Positions 47,330 through 57,330 of a stretch of DNA of 64,000 nt are shown in pieces. The translations under genes were made by a program, and so were the position numbers. The stretch lies in assembly GCA_016190665.1 (NCBI GenBank), contig JACPQD010000036.1:2976-66975 (forward strand), given 5' to 3'. The stretch's first letter is position 1; the number at the start of each line of letters is the position of its first letter. The DNA comes from Chloroflexota bacterium (GTDB lineage Bacteria; Chloroflexota; Dehalococcoidia; JACPQD01). The notes beneath the pieces were generated by a model. The model saw only the letters and a list, made by a program, of their open reading frames with translations. It searched no databases and was not told the DNA's origin.

Positions 47330-48343
47330 CTAAACGAGACCTCTTTCGACCAGCACCTCGGCGATCTGAACGGCGTTCAGCGCGGCGCCCTTGCGTATGT
47401 TGTCCGCAACGACCCACATGGCCAGGCCCAGGGGATGTGAGTTGTCTGCCCTGATGCGGCCCACAAAGACATCGTCCGAGCCAGCGGCAGCCCAGGGATG
47501 CGGATAGAGGCTCACCGTCGGGTCATCCAGCACCTTCACGCCTGGCGCGTCGGCGAGAATCCGGCGGGCTTCATCAGGCGCAATCGGATGGGTGAACTCC
47601 ACGCTAATCGCCTCGCTATGGCCGATGTATACCGGCACTCGAACGCAGGTCGCCGAGATCGCGATCTCCTCGGCGTGCATGATCTTCTGGGTTTCCTTGA
47701 CCATCTTCCATTCTTCTTTCGTGTAGCCATTATCCAGGAAGACGTCTATTTCCGGCAGGAGGTTGAAGGCGATCTGATGCGGCAACACATGTGGCGCCGT
47801 GTTCTTGCCCTCCAAGACCTGCTTGCTCTGCGTGCTGAGCTCCTCGATCGCCACCGACCCAATGCCTGACACCGATTGGTAAGTGTCAACAACTATCCGC
47901 TTGATGGGATTTACCTGATGGAGCGGGTTGAGGGCCACCACCATCTGAATAGTAGAACAATTGGGATTGGCGACGATTCCTTTGTGCCACGCCACATCAT
48001 CGGGGTTCACCTCCGGCACCACCAAAGGGACCTCGGCATCCATCCTCCACGCTGAACTGTTGTCGACGACTACTGCCCCGGCCTTAGCGGCGACCAGAGC
48101 GAAGTGTTTACTTATGTCAGCCCCAGCAGAGAAGAGGGCAATATCGATATGCTCAAAGGAGCGAGAAGAGGTCTCCTGCACTTCGACCTCCGTGTGGTTC
48201 ACAAATATCCTCTTGCCCGCCGAGCGATCGGAGGCGCAGAGACGCACGGAGGACATAGGGAACCTTCGCTGCTCAAGAACCTTGATGAACTCCTGCCCCA
48301 CCAGGCCAGTGGCCCCGACTATGGCCACAGCATATTTCTTCAC
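47330..48343 (-). CDS. asd: Aspartate-semialdehyde dehydrogenase
   Basis: GATGLVG, DNSSAWR, ANPNCST, CVRVPV, DNIRKGAA. Confidence 0.97.
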   Translation of the reverse strand: MKKYAVAIVGATGLVGQEFIKVLEQRRFPMSSVRLCASDRSAGKRIFVNHTEVEVQETSSRSFEHIDIALFSAGADISKHFALVAAKAGAVVVDNSSAWRMDAEVPLVVPEVNPDDVAWHKGIVANPNCSTIQMVVALNPLHQVNPIKRIVVDTYQSVSGIGSVAIEELSTQSKQVLEGKNTAPHVLPHQIAFNLLPEIDVFLDNGYTKEEWKMVKETQKIMHAEEIAISATCVRVPVYIGHSEAISVEFTHPIAPDEARRILADAPGVKVLDDPTVSLYPHPWAAAGSDDVFVGRIRADNSHPLGLAMWVVADNIRKGAALNAVQIAEVLVERGLV

Positions 48344-49149
48344 GCGTCCTCCTTCATTCCCAGCAGTCTGTCCAACCCAAACACCAGGCCTTTCATCCCC
48401 CTTACCTTCTTGATTGCGAAGATGACGCCGGGCATAAAGGACTCGCGGCTGGTGGAGTCGTGCCGTATGGTCAGCGTTTGGCCCAGAGTGCCCATTATGA
48501 TCTCCTGATGCGCCACCAGCCCCGGAAGGCGCACGCTGTGTACCGATATGCCCTCAAGGTTCCCCCCCCTCGTCCCCTCCAGAGTGTGCTTTGAGGTGGT
48601 GGGGAGAAGGAAGGATTTGCCCCTCGACTTTGCCATCTCGCGCGCCGTGGCCATGGCGGTGCCGGAAGGGGCGTCCATCTTCTGCTCATGATGCATCTCG
48701 ATAATCTCGGCATGGTCAAAGTACTTCGCCGCGATCTTCGCCAGATGGATCATCACCACAGCGCCTATTGCGAAATTGGGGGCGACCACGGCGCCAACGC
48801 CGTTGGCTTTGGCAAGCTCGTCTATTTCGTGAAGCTCCTTTTCGCTGATGCCCGTAGTCCCGATAACCAGGTTCACCTTCTGGCTGGTCGCCGTCCTCAC
48901 CGCCGGCGTAACCGCCTCCGCGCTGGTGAAATCCACCAACACGTGAGGACGGCTCCTCTGCAGCAGAGACGCAAGGTCGGAAGAGAAAGGAATGAGCCCC
49001 GAGCCATCAGGCAATGAGAGGTATTCCTCCGTCACCTTGAGCTCAGCCGCTCCGACGGGCTCAAGCTCCTTGTCCCGGCATAGCGCGTTGAGGACCTCTC
49101 GGCCCATCTTGCCGGAGACGCCCCTGACGACTACCTTAATCGGCTCCAT
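48340..49149 (-). CDS. dapB: 4-hydroxy-tetrahydrodipicolinate reductase
   Basis: GKMG, DFT, GTTG, APNFAIG, EMHHEQKMDAPSGTA. Confidence 0.97.
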   Translation of the reverse strand: MEPIKVVVRGVSGKMGREVLNALCRDKELEPVGAAELKVTEEYLSLPDGSGLIPFSSDLASLLQRSRPHVLVDFTSAEAVTPAVRTATSQKVNLVIGTTGISEKELHEIDELAKANGVGAVVAPNFAIGAVVMIHLAKIAAKYFDHAEIIEMHHEQKMDAPSGTAMATAREMAKSRGKSFLLPTTSKHTLEGTRGGNLEGISVHSVRLPGLVAHQEIIMGTLGQTLTIRHDSTSRESFMPGVIFAIKKVRGMKGLVFGLDRLLGMKEDA

Positions 49150-49437
49150 AACTCAGCCTTCATCTGTCAGCTTTCAGCATTCAGCACGCTAGTTGGGTCC
49201 TCTAAGCAGGGTTTCCCAGCGGTCCCCTGCACGCCCGGACGTTAGCACTGAAGCTTGGTATCGGCTCCATCCGGCCCCAGTCGGACCGCTGCACTATGGC
49301 TATTCTCATCCAGCACTCATCATTCAGCATTCAGCTGATAGCTGACCGCTGAAAGCTGACAGCTACCCTCGACACAAGCGTGGCTGGAGTCCCCGGGTCT
49401 TTCCTCAGGGCCCTCACAGCCACCCAGTCAGCCGAAG

Positions 49438-51699
49438 TCACATCCTGTTGGGATTGTTGCGGTGCCCCGGTGGTGCGCCCGAATGACCTCTACGCTCGCC
49501 GTCTTGAGGGCGGCGCAGGCCGGTCCGTGGGCCGTGGCCGCCGAAGGCTGGCTGGCCGGCCGGCCGCCGCGGAGAAGCGCTCTCCGGCGCGGCCCCCACA
49601 GGAGTGCGCTCCCCACCCTCTGGCGGACACTCTTGGAAGACGGCTCGCCGGGACAGGTTTATTCGGCCCTGGCGGTCGATCTCGATGACCTTCACCATGA
49701 TCTCGTCCCCGACCTTGACCACCTCCTCCACACTGGGCACGCGGTAGTCGGCCAGCTCACTGATATGGACGAGGCCCTCCTTGCCCGGCAATATTTCCAC
49801 GAAAGCCCCGAAGTTCATGAGTCTCGTAACCTTGCCAGTATAGGTTACACCCACCTCCACCTCTCGCGTCAGATCCTCGATCATGCTTATCGCCTTCCGG
49901 GTGGCTTCCTCGCTGGTGGACCCAATGATCACGGTGCCGTCGTCTTCGATGTCAATGGTGGTCTTGGTCTCATCGGTTATGGAGCGAATGGTCTTGCCGC
50001 CTGGGCCGATGACGATGCGGACTTTGTCCGGGTGGACCTTAATCTTGGTCATCCGAGGAGCGTAGCGGCTCAGCTCGGGCCGGCTGGACTCGATGGTCTC
50101 GCTCATCTTGTCCAGGATGAACAATCGAGCCTCCTTCGCCTGGCTCAGGGCCTTTTCGAGAACGTCGTAGGTAATCCCTTTGATCTTGATGTCCATTTGA
50201 AGAGCGGTTATGCCTTCACTGGTTCCTGCAACCTTGAAATCCATGTCGCCCAGCGCGTCCTCTATTCCGGCAATATCGGTAAGAACGGCGTATGCCCCGT
50301 CTCCCATGATCAGTCCCATGGCGGCGCCAGCCACCGGGGACTTGATGGGCACGCCGGCATCCATCAGCGAAAGCGAGCTCCCGCACACGCTGGCCATGGA
50401 CGTGCTGCCATTGGAGCTCATCACTTCCGAGACGAGCCGAATGGTATAAGGGAACTCCGTCTCCGAAGGAATGACCGGCAGCAGGGCCTTCTCCGCCAGC
50501 GCGCCATGGCCGATCTCGCGACGGCGGGGACTGCCGAGACGGCCGACCTCGCCGGTGCTGAAGGGAGGAAAGTTGTAATGGTGCATGAAACGCTTGCTTT
50601 CCTCCGGGCTGATCGTATCGAGCCGTTGCTCCTCCCTTGCCGACCCCAGCGTGGCGATGGTGAGCACCTGGGTCTCGCCGCGCGTGAAAAGGCCGGAGCC
50701 GTGGGTGCGAGGCAGGATACCCACCTCGCAGGTTATCGGCCTGATGGTCCTGGTGTCGCGGCCATCCGTGCGTATCCCTCGCGTGAGGATGCTCCGCCGT
50801 ACCAGGGCCTTGAGCTTCTCCTCAAAGAGGGCCAGTAGTTCCTTGGCGGAAAAGGTCTCGCCGAGCTGCTCCACCAGCTCTTTCTTCAGCCGGTCGAGGT
50901 TGGCCTGACACTCCTCTTTGCTGGCAGTGAAGACCGCCGACTCAAGTCTGCCATCGAGGAACCGCGAGACGGGCTCCTCCAGGTCTGGGTCGGCCTGCTG
51001 CAGGGCCACCGCCATTTTGCCTTTGCCGCAATGGGCGATTAGCTTATCCTGAAGCTCGATTACCTTCCGGTTGATCTCCTCGGCCTTCCGCAATGCATCG
51101 ATAGTGACGCCTTCCGGGATCTCCCGCGCACCTGCCTCCACCATGACAATGGCGTCCCGGCTGTGGGCCGCCACCAGGTCCAGACTGCTGGACCCCAGCT
51201 GGCTGAAGGTCGGATTGACCACGAGCTCGCCGTCGACATAACCCATGCGCGTGGCGGCAATGGGCCCGCCAAAGGGGATATCCGATATCCCCAGCGCCGC
51301 GGAGGCGCCTATCACCGAAAGGATATCTGGGTCGTTCTCCTGGTCGGTGGAGAGCACCGTCACCACAATCTGACATTCATTGCGGAAGCCCTTGGGGAAG
51401 AGGGGGCGCAGGCCGCGATCAGTGAGCCGCATGGCCAGAGTGGCCTCCTGGCTGGGCCGCCCTTCCCTCTTGATATAGCCGCCGGGGATTTTACCGGCGG
51501 CGTAAAGCCGCTCCTCATAGTCCACCGTGAGAGGGAGGAAGTCCACACCCTCCCGTGGCTCCGTGGCGGCGCAGGCAGTGACCAAGACCACCGTATCGCC
51601 GTACCGGACGGTCACCGAGCCGTTGGCTAGATTCGCCAACCTGCCGGTCTCGATAGTCAGCGTCCTGCCCGCGATTTCTTCCTGTACAGAATGGTTCAT
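49438..51699 (-). CDS. pnp: Polyribonucleotide nucleotidyltransferase
   Basis: DFLPLTVDY, RTHGSGLFTRGETQ, RREIGHG, SNGSTSMAS, GDMDFKVAG; KH and S1 domains. Confidence 0.98.
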   Translation of the reverse strand: MNHSVQEEIAGRTLTIETGRLANLANGSVTVRYGDTVVLVTACAATEPREGVDFLPLTVDYEERLYAAGKIPGGYIKREGRPSQEATLAMRLTDRGLRPLFPKGFRNECQIVVTVLSTDQENDPDILSVIGASAALGISDIPFGGPIAATRMGYVDGELVVNPTFSQLGSSSLDLVAAHSRDAIVMVEAGAREIPEGVTIDALRKAEEINRKVIELQDKLIAHCGKGKMAVALQQADPDLEEPVSRFLDGRLESAVFTASKEECQANLDRLKKELVEQLGETFSAKELLALFEEKLKALVRRSILTRGIRTDGRDTRTIRPITCEVGILPRTHGSGLFTRGETQVLTIATLGSAREEQRLDTISPEESKRFMHHYNFPPFSTGEVGRLGSPRRREIGHGALAEKALLPVIPSETEFPYTIRLVSEVMSSNGSTSMASVCGSSLSLMDAGVPIKSPVAGAAMGLIMGDGAYAVLTDIAGIEDALGDMDFKVAGTSEGITALQMDIKIKGITYDVLEKALSQAKEARLFILDKMSETIESSRPELSRYAPRMTKIKVHPDKVRIVIGPGGKTIRSITDETKTTIDIEDDGTVIIGSTSEEATRKAISMIEDLTREVEVGVTYTGKVTRLMNFGAFVEILPGKEGLVHISELADYRVPSVEEVVKVGDEIMVKVIEIDRQGRINLSRRAVFQECPPEGGERTPVGAAPESASPRRPAGQPAFGGHGPRTGLRRPQDGERRGHSGAPPGHRNNPNRM

Positions 51700-51760
51700 G
51701 CTATGTCAAACCCCTTTACCAGACCGACTCGGTCTCCAAGACCGAGGCGATCTTCACTTT

Positions 51761-52024
51761 CTATCTACGCAGCCCCAGCTTAGCTATGACCGCCTGATAG
51801 CGCCCGACATCTTTCTTGTTCAAATAGGCCAACTGCCGACGGCGCTGACCCACGAGCTGCAGCAACCCTCGGCGCGAGGCATTATCCTGCTTATGAGCTT
51901 TCAAGTGCTCCGTCAACTGGTTTATGCGATCGGTGAGCAAAGCCACCTGAACTTCAGGCGAGCCAGTATCCTTCTCATGCGCCTTGAACTGCTGGATGAT
52001 CTCAACCTTCTTCTCTTTGTCCAT
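51761..52024 (-). CDS. rpsO: 30S ribosomal protein S15
   Basis: [31 protein letters not shown]; upstream of pnp. Confidence 0.98.
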   Translation of the reverse strand: MDKEKKVEIIQQFKAHEKDTGSPEVQVALLTDRINQLTEHLKAHKQDNASRRGLLQLVGQRRRQLAYLNKKDVGRYQAVIAKLGLRR

Positions 52025-52111
52025 GATTCATGCGTTTCCTTCCCCATACCCAGTCCACAACCGCACTGTCCCGCCTGTCACGGTTATGTCTGATAGACGC
52101 CTCAAAGCCGA

Positions 52112-52140
52112 ATTATAGCATAAGGAGGTGGGGGCTGCAA
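52112..52140 (-). promoter_or_regulatory. rpsO promoter
   Basis: TTGCAG-17 nt-TATAAT with extended TG. Confidence 0.6.
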
Positions 52141-52252
52141 ACTCACGCAGCCCTCCGTAGGCCGGCTGCCAATTGCCCAGTCCGACCTGTCCGACGGGTC
52201 AGACGTCGCACGGCCCCGCCCAGATGCGCTTCAGGAGCGGTGGTGGGCCGGC

Positions 52253-53761
52253 TCAAGGAACTAACATCCCTGGAGCAGACAGATACAGCAAGTAGGCTCT
52301 GCCCAGATCAAGCGTGGCGAACCCGCGATCAGGCGTGGAGCTCTCATAGCCAACACCCGGGGTGTACCGATAGAGATGCACCCACTTCCCCCTCAAGCTC
52401 GCCAGATAGGTGCCCACTCCGCAGCTAGGCTCCAGTGCGGCGCTCGTGTACCCTATCATATTCCAGCCCGCGGCCAGCGAACGGAAGGGGGCGGGCGCCA
52501 CCGAGTCCCGGGGGGCAAGTTTGAGGACGATGGTTCCATCTCCAGTCGCGTTGACCCAGTACCCCCTCCCCTCTTCGATCTTCGTCAGGGCGCCTGTCCA
52601 CACTCCATCGGCGCCCGTGGCGCAGTCCCAGGCGGCGCTGGCGCTTTCGTAATAGCAGGCCTTGTCCGCGATGCCGTCCAGGACAGCGCTCACTGAGGGG
52701 TTAACGAGATTCCTGGGGGTAGCTATCAAGTTCCACCCCTTGGTCAGCTTGATGCTGACCGCCGGCGTTGGCGTCGCCGTGGCTGTCGCCTTCGGGGTTG
52801 GCGTAGCAGTAGGCGTCGGAGATGGTGTAGGCGTGCGCGTGGGCGTACGCGTCGGGGTGGGGACCGAGCCTCCTCCCCCACCGCCACCTCCAGGCGGTGA
52901 GCTAGCCGGCACACCCCCGATGGCGAAAAGGCTCAGGCGAGCAGTATAGCCGCAGACAACGTTCGCCGTGGCATCCACCGTGATGTTGTTGAGGTTCTCA
53001 TAAGCTGAACTACTCGGGCTCCACCGCGCGACCTTCATGTCCGCTTCGTTGACTCCGGTCGGAATGTCCGACTGCTGATAGCTGACGCAGATGCGCACCG
53101 GGTTGTTGAAAGAGAAGTCATCGATGGCCGCGCCCGTGCCGGAGTCGATGGCCTCAATGGCGAAGCGCTTGGCGACCGTGAATACGGGAGCGACGCCTCC
53201 CGGCGGCGGTCCGGCGCAAGAGGAAGGCGAAAGGTCGAGGGCGCAAGGCAAATACACAGGATCATACCGGGTGATCCTGAAGCTCGTCGCCGAACTGATG
53301 TCCGCACCACCAACGTAGAAGTTGGTTGTCCCGTCGTCGGAGCTCACGGTCCCCCCCGCGGCAGCGTTGACCGCGACCAGCGGCCCGGGATGGGCAGTCC
53401 CCAGGATCGAGGGGGTCGGCACCGCGGTCGGCGTTCGGGTAGGGGTGGAGGCCGGGGTAGAAGTGGGAGTCGGCGTGGCCTCTGGCGTGCCTGTGGCCGT
53501 CGGCGTTGCCGTGAACGTGGCAATTGGTGTGGAAGTAGGCGTTGGTGTTGGCATGGACGTGGAGGTATGCGTCGCCGTCGGCGTGGCAGTCGCCGTGGGC
53601 GTAGCCGTAGGCATCGACGTGCTGGTGGCATCATCCGCCGAGATGACGCGAAGGTTGGAGATTTGGGCCGCTCCATACGCCCGAGGCGCCACGTAGAGGC
53701 CCGGGGCTGTGAAGCCGAGGACTCCCAAAGCGACCATGACCGGGATGAGTGCTTTTCTCAC
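52253..53761 (-). CDS. Secreted/surface protein with Pro-Thr-rich linkers
   Basis: Signal peptide after AAGGAGG, two PT-repeat tracts, a poly-Gly run, and C-terminal L.KGWNLI / L.AGWNMIG repeats. Confidence 0.8.
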   Translation of the reverse strand: MRKALIPVMVALGVLGFTAPGLYVAPRAYGAAQISNLRVISADDATSTSMPTATPTATATPTATHTSTSMPTPTPTSTPIATFTATPTATGTPEATPTPTSTPASTPTRTPTAVPTPSILGTAHPGPLVAVNAAAGGTVSSDDGTTNFYVGGADISSATSFRITRYDPVYLPCALDLSPSSCAGPPPGGVAPVFTVAKRFAIEAIDSGTGAAIDDFSFNNPVRICVSYQQSDIPTGVNEADMKVARWSPSSSAYENLNNITVDATANVVCGYTARLSLFAIGGVPASSPPGGGGGGGGSVPTPTRTPTRTPTPSPTPTATPTPKATATATPTPAVSIKLTKGWNLIATPRNLVNPSVSAVLDGIADKACYYESASAAWDCATGADGVWTGALTKIEEGRGYWVNATGDGTIVLKLAPRDSVAPAPFRSLAAGWNMIGYTSAALEPSCGVGTYLASLRGKWVHLYRYTPGVGYESSTPDRGFATLDLGRAYLLYLSAPGMLVP

Positions 53762-54159
53762 ACTGCCTCCTTTCCGGGCGGCCCCAGAAAAAGTTGTGCC
53801 GACCCCTCGCATAAGAGCGGGTCGGCATACAAACTATCCCTGGCGCTGCCTTTCTGAGCCTTCCCAGGAGGCTCAGGATCGCAGAGCGTGTGGACGGCGG
53901 CTAGAGACGACCCCGGTCCTCACGTTGCCCAAATCTTGCCAGAAGCCACTTTCGATGTCTTAATCGACGCCAACTGTCTTCATCATAACAGTTTTCGCGA
54001 TTGAGTCAAGGGTATTACAAGATTGATGGGCGCGCCCGCGTGACCGGGGGTCCAGTGCACCTTTCCAATGTGTCGGAAGATCAGTGCTTCAAATAATGCC
54101 AGGCATCCAACGGCGCCGATCAAACGCGCCCGCATGAGGGGTCGAAGGCACGGAGCAAC

Positions 54160-55434
54160 TCACGTCGGCAATAGCCCAGGGGAGAATGCGGAGGCCAGCT
54201 GCACGACCAGGAGCACAGCTGTGAAGCTGATGAGCGCCACGATAGTAATCCATGAAATCACGTTGAAGGCCAGCGAGTTGACATACCGTCCCATGAGCCG
54301 CCGGTCGTTTACCAGGCGTATTATGAAGAGGAGGATGAAGGGCAGCAGAATGCCGTTGGCCACCTGGGAGAAGTACATTATCTCCAATAAGGGCGCCTCC
54401 GGCAGCATGATAACCAGCGCCGAGGCGACGATGAGGAAGGAATAGAGACCGAAGAAGACGGGCGCCTGCTTCAGGGTCTTGTTGACTCCGGCTTCGAAGC
54501 CCAGGGCTTCGCAGACGCTGTAGGCCGTGCTCAGCGGCAGAATCGATGCCGCGAAGAGGGAGGCATTGATCAGACCGAGGGCGAAAAGGACGGAGGCATA
54601 CTGCCCGGCCAGAGGCCTGAGAGCCAGGGCCGCGTCCGCGGCCGACTCGATGGGGATATTGTTGACATAGATCGTGGCGGCGCAGGCAATGATGATGAAG
54701 GCGGATACGAGGCAGGTGACCACGCTGCCAAAGGAGGTGTCCACCATGGTGTAACCATAGTCGTCCTCGCTTAACCCTTTCTCAACGGTGGCCGCCTGCT
54801 GGTAGAACTGCATCCAGGGGGCGATGGTGGTCCCCACCAGGCCGATGATCATCATCAGGTAGTCAACCTCCAGGCGAATGGAAGGGCGTGACACCGCCTG
54901 AAGCACCTCGCCCCAGGGGGGAGAGGCCATGAAACCCGAGACGACGTAGGTGGCGTACATGAGGCTGGCCGCCAGGAAAACCTTCTCTACAAAACGGTAT
55001 GAACCCTTCACGACCAGCCACCAGACCGCGACAGCACCTATCGGGACAGTAATGAGCCTGGGCACGGCAAAAATCTCGCCGCCTGCGGCCAGCCCGGCGA
55101 AGTTCGCCATGGTGTTGCCGAAGTCCACCACCAGCAGGAAGGCCATCATGATAAAGGTGACGCGGACGCCGTAGTTCTCCCGAATAAGGTCGGCGAGTCC
55201 TTTGCCCGTGATGGCGCCCATGCGGGCGCACGTCTCCTGGACGACGAAGAGCACAATGGGAACGACGAAGAGTATCCAGAGAAGGGAATAGCCGAAACGG
55301 GCGCCCGCCAGAGAATAGGTGGTAATACCGCCAGCGTCCTGGTCGACGCTGGCGGTGATTATGCCCGGCCCCATGACGGAGAGGAAGACCATTATCCTGG
55401 TGAAGATGGTGAACTTCGGCAGGCGCCGCAGCAT
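54160..55434 (-). CDS. Nramp-related divalent metal (probably Mg2+) transporter
   Basis: GPGIITASVDQDAGGITTYS (not canonical DPGN), GTTIAPWM, SQVANG. Confidence 0.88.
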   Translation of the reverse strand: MLRRLPKFTIFTRIMVFLSVMGPGIITASVDQDAGGITTYSLAGARFGYSLLWILFVVPIVLFVVQETCARMGAITGKGLADLIRENYGVRVTFIMMAFLLVVDFGNTMANFAGLAAGGEIFAVPRLITVPIGAVAVWWLVVKGSYRFVEKVFLAASLMYATYVVSGFMASPPWGEVLQAVSRPSIRLEVDYLMMIIGLVGTTIAPWMQFYQQAATVEKGLSEDDYGYTMVDTSFGSVVTCLVSAFIIIACAATIYVNNIPIESAADAALALRPLAGQYASVLFALGLINASLFAASILPLSTAYSVCEALGFEAGVNKTLKQAPVFFGLYSFLIVASALVIMLPEAPLLEIMYFSQVANGILLPFILLFIIRLVNDRRLMGRYVNSLAFNVISWITIVALISFTAVLLVVQLASAFSPGLLPT

Positions 55435-55540
55435 CTCCCTCGCCTTGTTCCTATCTCGGAGAAATTCCAATAACCAAGATGCAAGAACCAAACACGTCCA
55501 GTAACCAGGAGACAACTACCAGACAGCCCCACCTCTCGGG

Positions 55541-55646
55541 TATTGGCGTTTGGTAATTGTTTCTTATTCCTTGGTTATTCTCGTTTGGCTATTGTCTCTT
55601 GTACCCTGTCTCTTGGTTATTGTCTCTTGTCTCTTGGTTATTCTCC
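55541..55646. repeat. Degenerate heptamer tandem repeat
   Basis: Units such as TTGGTTA, TTGTCTC and TTGGCTA between the MgtE-like and Nramp genes. Confidence 0.7.
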
Positions 55647-56891
55647 TTACGTCAGCGCCGACAGGCGTTTGCGCCGCCACGCTCGCGGCGTCACCACCTC
55701 CATCACGTCATCGACCGTGACCACCCCCAGCATGCGGTCCTGGTCATCGACTACCGGAATGGCCAGCAAGTTATACTTCACCAGCGCGGTGGTCACCTCC
55801 CGACGATCGGCGGAGGCGAGGATGCTGACAGCGTCAGGATGCATGAACTCGCTGACCTTCCTTCCCGGAGCGGCGACCACCAGGTCTCGCAACGAGACGA
55901 CCCCGGAGAGGTGCTTCTCGGCGTCTGTCACGTAGAGATAGTAGACGGTGTCGGCTTCGGGCGCGACCTTCCTGAGATGATCGATAGCCTCTTGAGCAGT
56001 CTGGTCCGGAGACAAGGCCACATATTCCGTGGTCATCAGGCCGCCAGCGGAATCCTCCGGGTACGCCATCAACTCTCGGGCATCCTGCGCCGCCTCCGGC
56101 TCCATGAGATCGAGGAGCTCCTTAGCTTTCTCCTCGGAAACATCTCCCAGCACGTCGGCGGCGTCATCGGGGGCCATCTCTTCGAGGATGTCAGCGCCCT
56201 TTTCGCTATCGATCATCTCGATGATGGCGGCCTGCCTCTCAGGCTCCACCTCGGCGAGAGCGGTGGCCGCTGTCTCATCATCCAGGGATTGGACGGCATC
56301 GGTACCCTCTGTGGCGCTGAGCTGGTTCAGGATCTCGGCGATGTCCGCCGGGTGTAGCTTCCGCAGACGTCCCAGGGGTACCTTGAGCTTGACGGCCGGC
56401 ACATTGCTGGGCAGAAGATCAACATCGTCCCAGCTTATGAGGCTTTCTTCCCATCGCTTGCCAAGGACATCGGCCACTGGCCCAAACCCGAGGCGCCGCA
56501 ACAGACCCTGGGTGCTGTTGTCCACCGCCACCAGCCGATATTGGCCGTTACTCCGGTTGAGTTGCAGGTCGTTGACGCGCACGATCTTCACGCCTTCGGT
56601 ATCCACTATCTGCTTGTCCAGGACGTCGCGAGCGAGCGCCAGAATGTTCTCCGCAAGCTGATACGCCTCGATCTCATTGGCGATTACCTTCAGCTTCAGT
56701 CTTTTCGGCTCCAGGCTCTCTATTTGCCGCCAGGGCACGATCTTGGCTTGCCCTCCAGACAGGGAAATCTCTATGGCGCTAACGGAGGGATAGGCGGTAT
56801 CGCAGGGAACGATAACATCTTTCAGTTTCCCCACCCGCTTGCCTTCTCGGTCCCGGACCTCCTTGCCGAGAATCTGGCTTAAGAAGGGCAT
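55647..56891 (-). CDS. Soluble MgtE-like protein (PRC barrels + MgtE_N + CBS pair, no TM domain)
   Basis: LHPADIAEIL, MAPDDAADVL, YPEDSAGGLMTTE, YLYVTD, GVVTVDD; the protein ends after the CBS pair. Confidence 0.88.
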   Translation of the reverse strand: MPFLSQILGKEVRDREGKRVGKLKDVIVPCDTAYPSVSAIEISLSGGQAKIVPWRQIESLEPKRLKLKVIANEIEAYQLAENILALARDVLDKQIVDTEGVKIVRVNDLQLNRSNGQYRLVAVDNSTQGLLRRLGFGPVADVLGKRWEESLISWDDVDLLPSNVPAVKLKVPLGRLRKLHPADIAEILNQLSATEGTDAVQSLDDETAATALAEVEPERQAAIIEMIDSEKGADILEEMAPDDAADVLGDVSEEKAKELLDLMEPEAAQDARELMAYPEDSAGGLMTTEYVALSPDQTAQEAIDHLRKVAPEADTVYYLYVTDAEKHLSGVVSLRDLVVAAPGRKVSEFMHPDAVSILASADRREVTTALVKYNLLAIPVVDDQDRMLGVVTVDDVMEVVTPRAWRRKRLSALT

Positions 56892-57139
56892 GAAAAAACC
56901 ACCTCCTTCCGCTTCGTGAGGTGGTCCTCGCACCAACGACGGGGTGCATCGTCGCGCCCGTGTCGACGCTACACGGCGATACCTCCCCGATCCTTGAGGA
57001 ACCCCACCGTCACAATATTCTCTTGAGTGATGCTACGGTCTCCGCTCGGGTCCGCGTCCATAGAAACAGCTTACGCCTGAGAGAGCCCTGATTTCACTGG
57101 GCGTCTCTACCACTCCCATTGTCCACCACTGGACAATTC

Positions 57140-57168
57140 ATCATAGCGCAGCAACCTGGGCGTGTCAA
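57140..57168 (-). promoter_or_regulatory. Sigma70-type promoter giving a ~240-nt leader for the mgtE-like operon
   Basis: TTGACA-17 nt-TATGAT. Confidence 0.6.
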
Positions 57169-57330
57169 TGGGTACAGATTTCGAGTGAGTTACCTGTTGC
57201 CTGCATGTGTTCATAAATGTGTTATAATTGTGTGCCATGTGGATCAAGTAACTCCACTGTACAGCCTGCTGAACGAAATGGCCGCCGCGGTCAAAACCGC
57301 GCCAATTCCGGCGGCACTGGCGGGAGGGAA

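Noticed and set aside
52770-53620. Pro-Thr tandem repeats as a DNA repeat element
   Set aside because: Explained by low-complexity protein linkers with varied codons.
55541-55646. Possible CRISPR array in repeat tracts
   Set aside because: Units are 7-9 nt degenerate tandem repeats without spacers, and no cas genes are present.
57060-57120. Glycine riboswitch (CUCUCAGG present on the minus strand)
   Set aside because: Lacks the GGAGA...CCGAAG core and the downstream genes are metal transporters.
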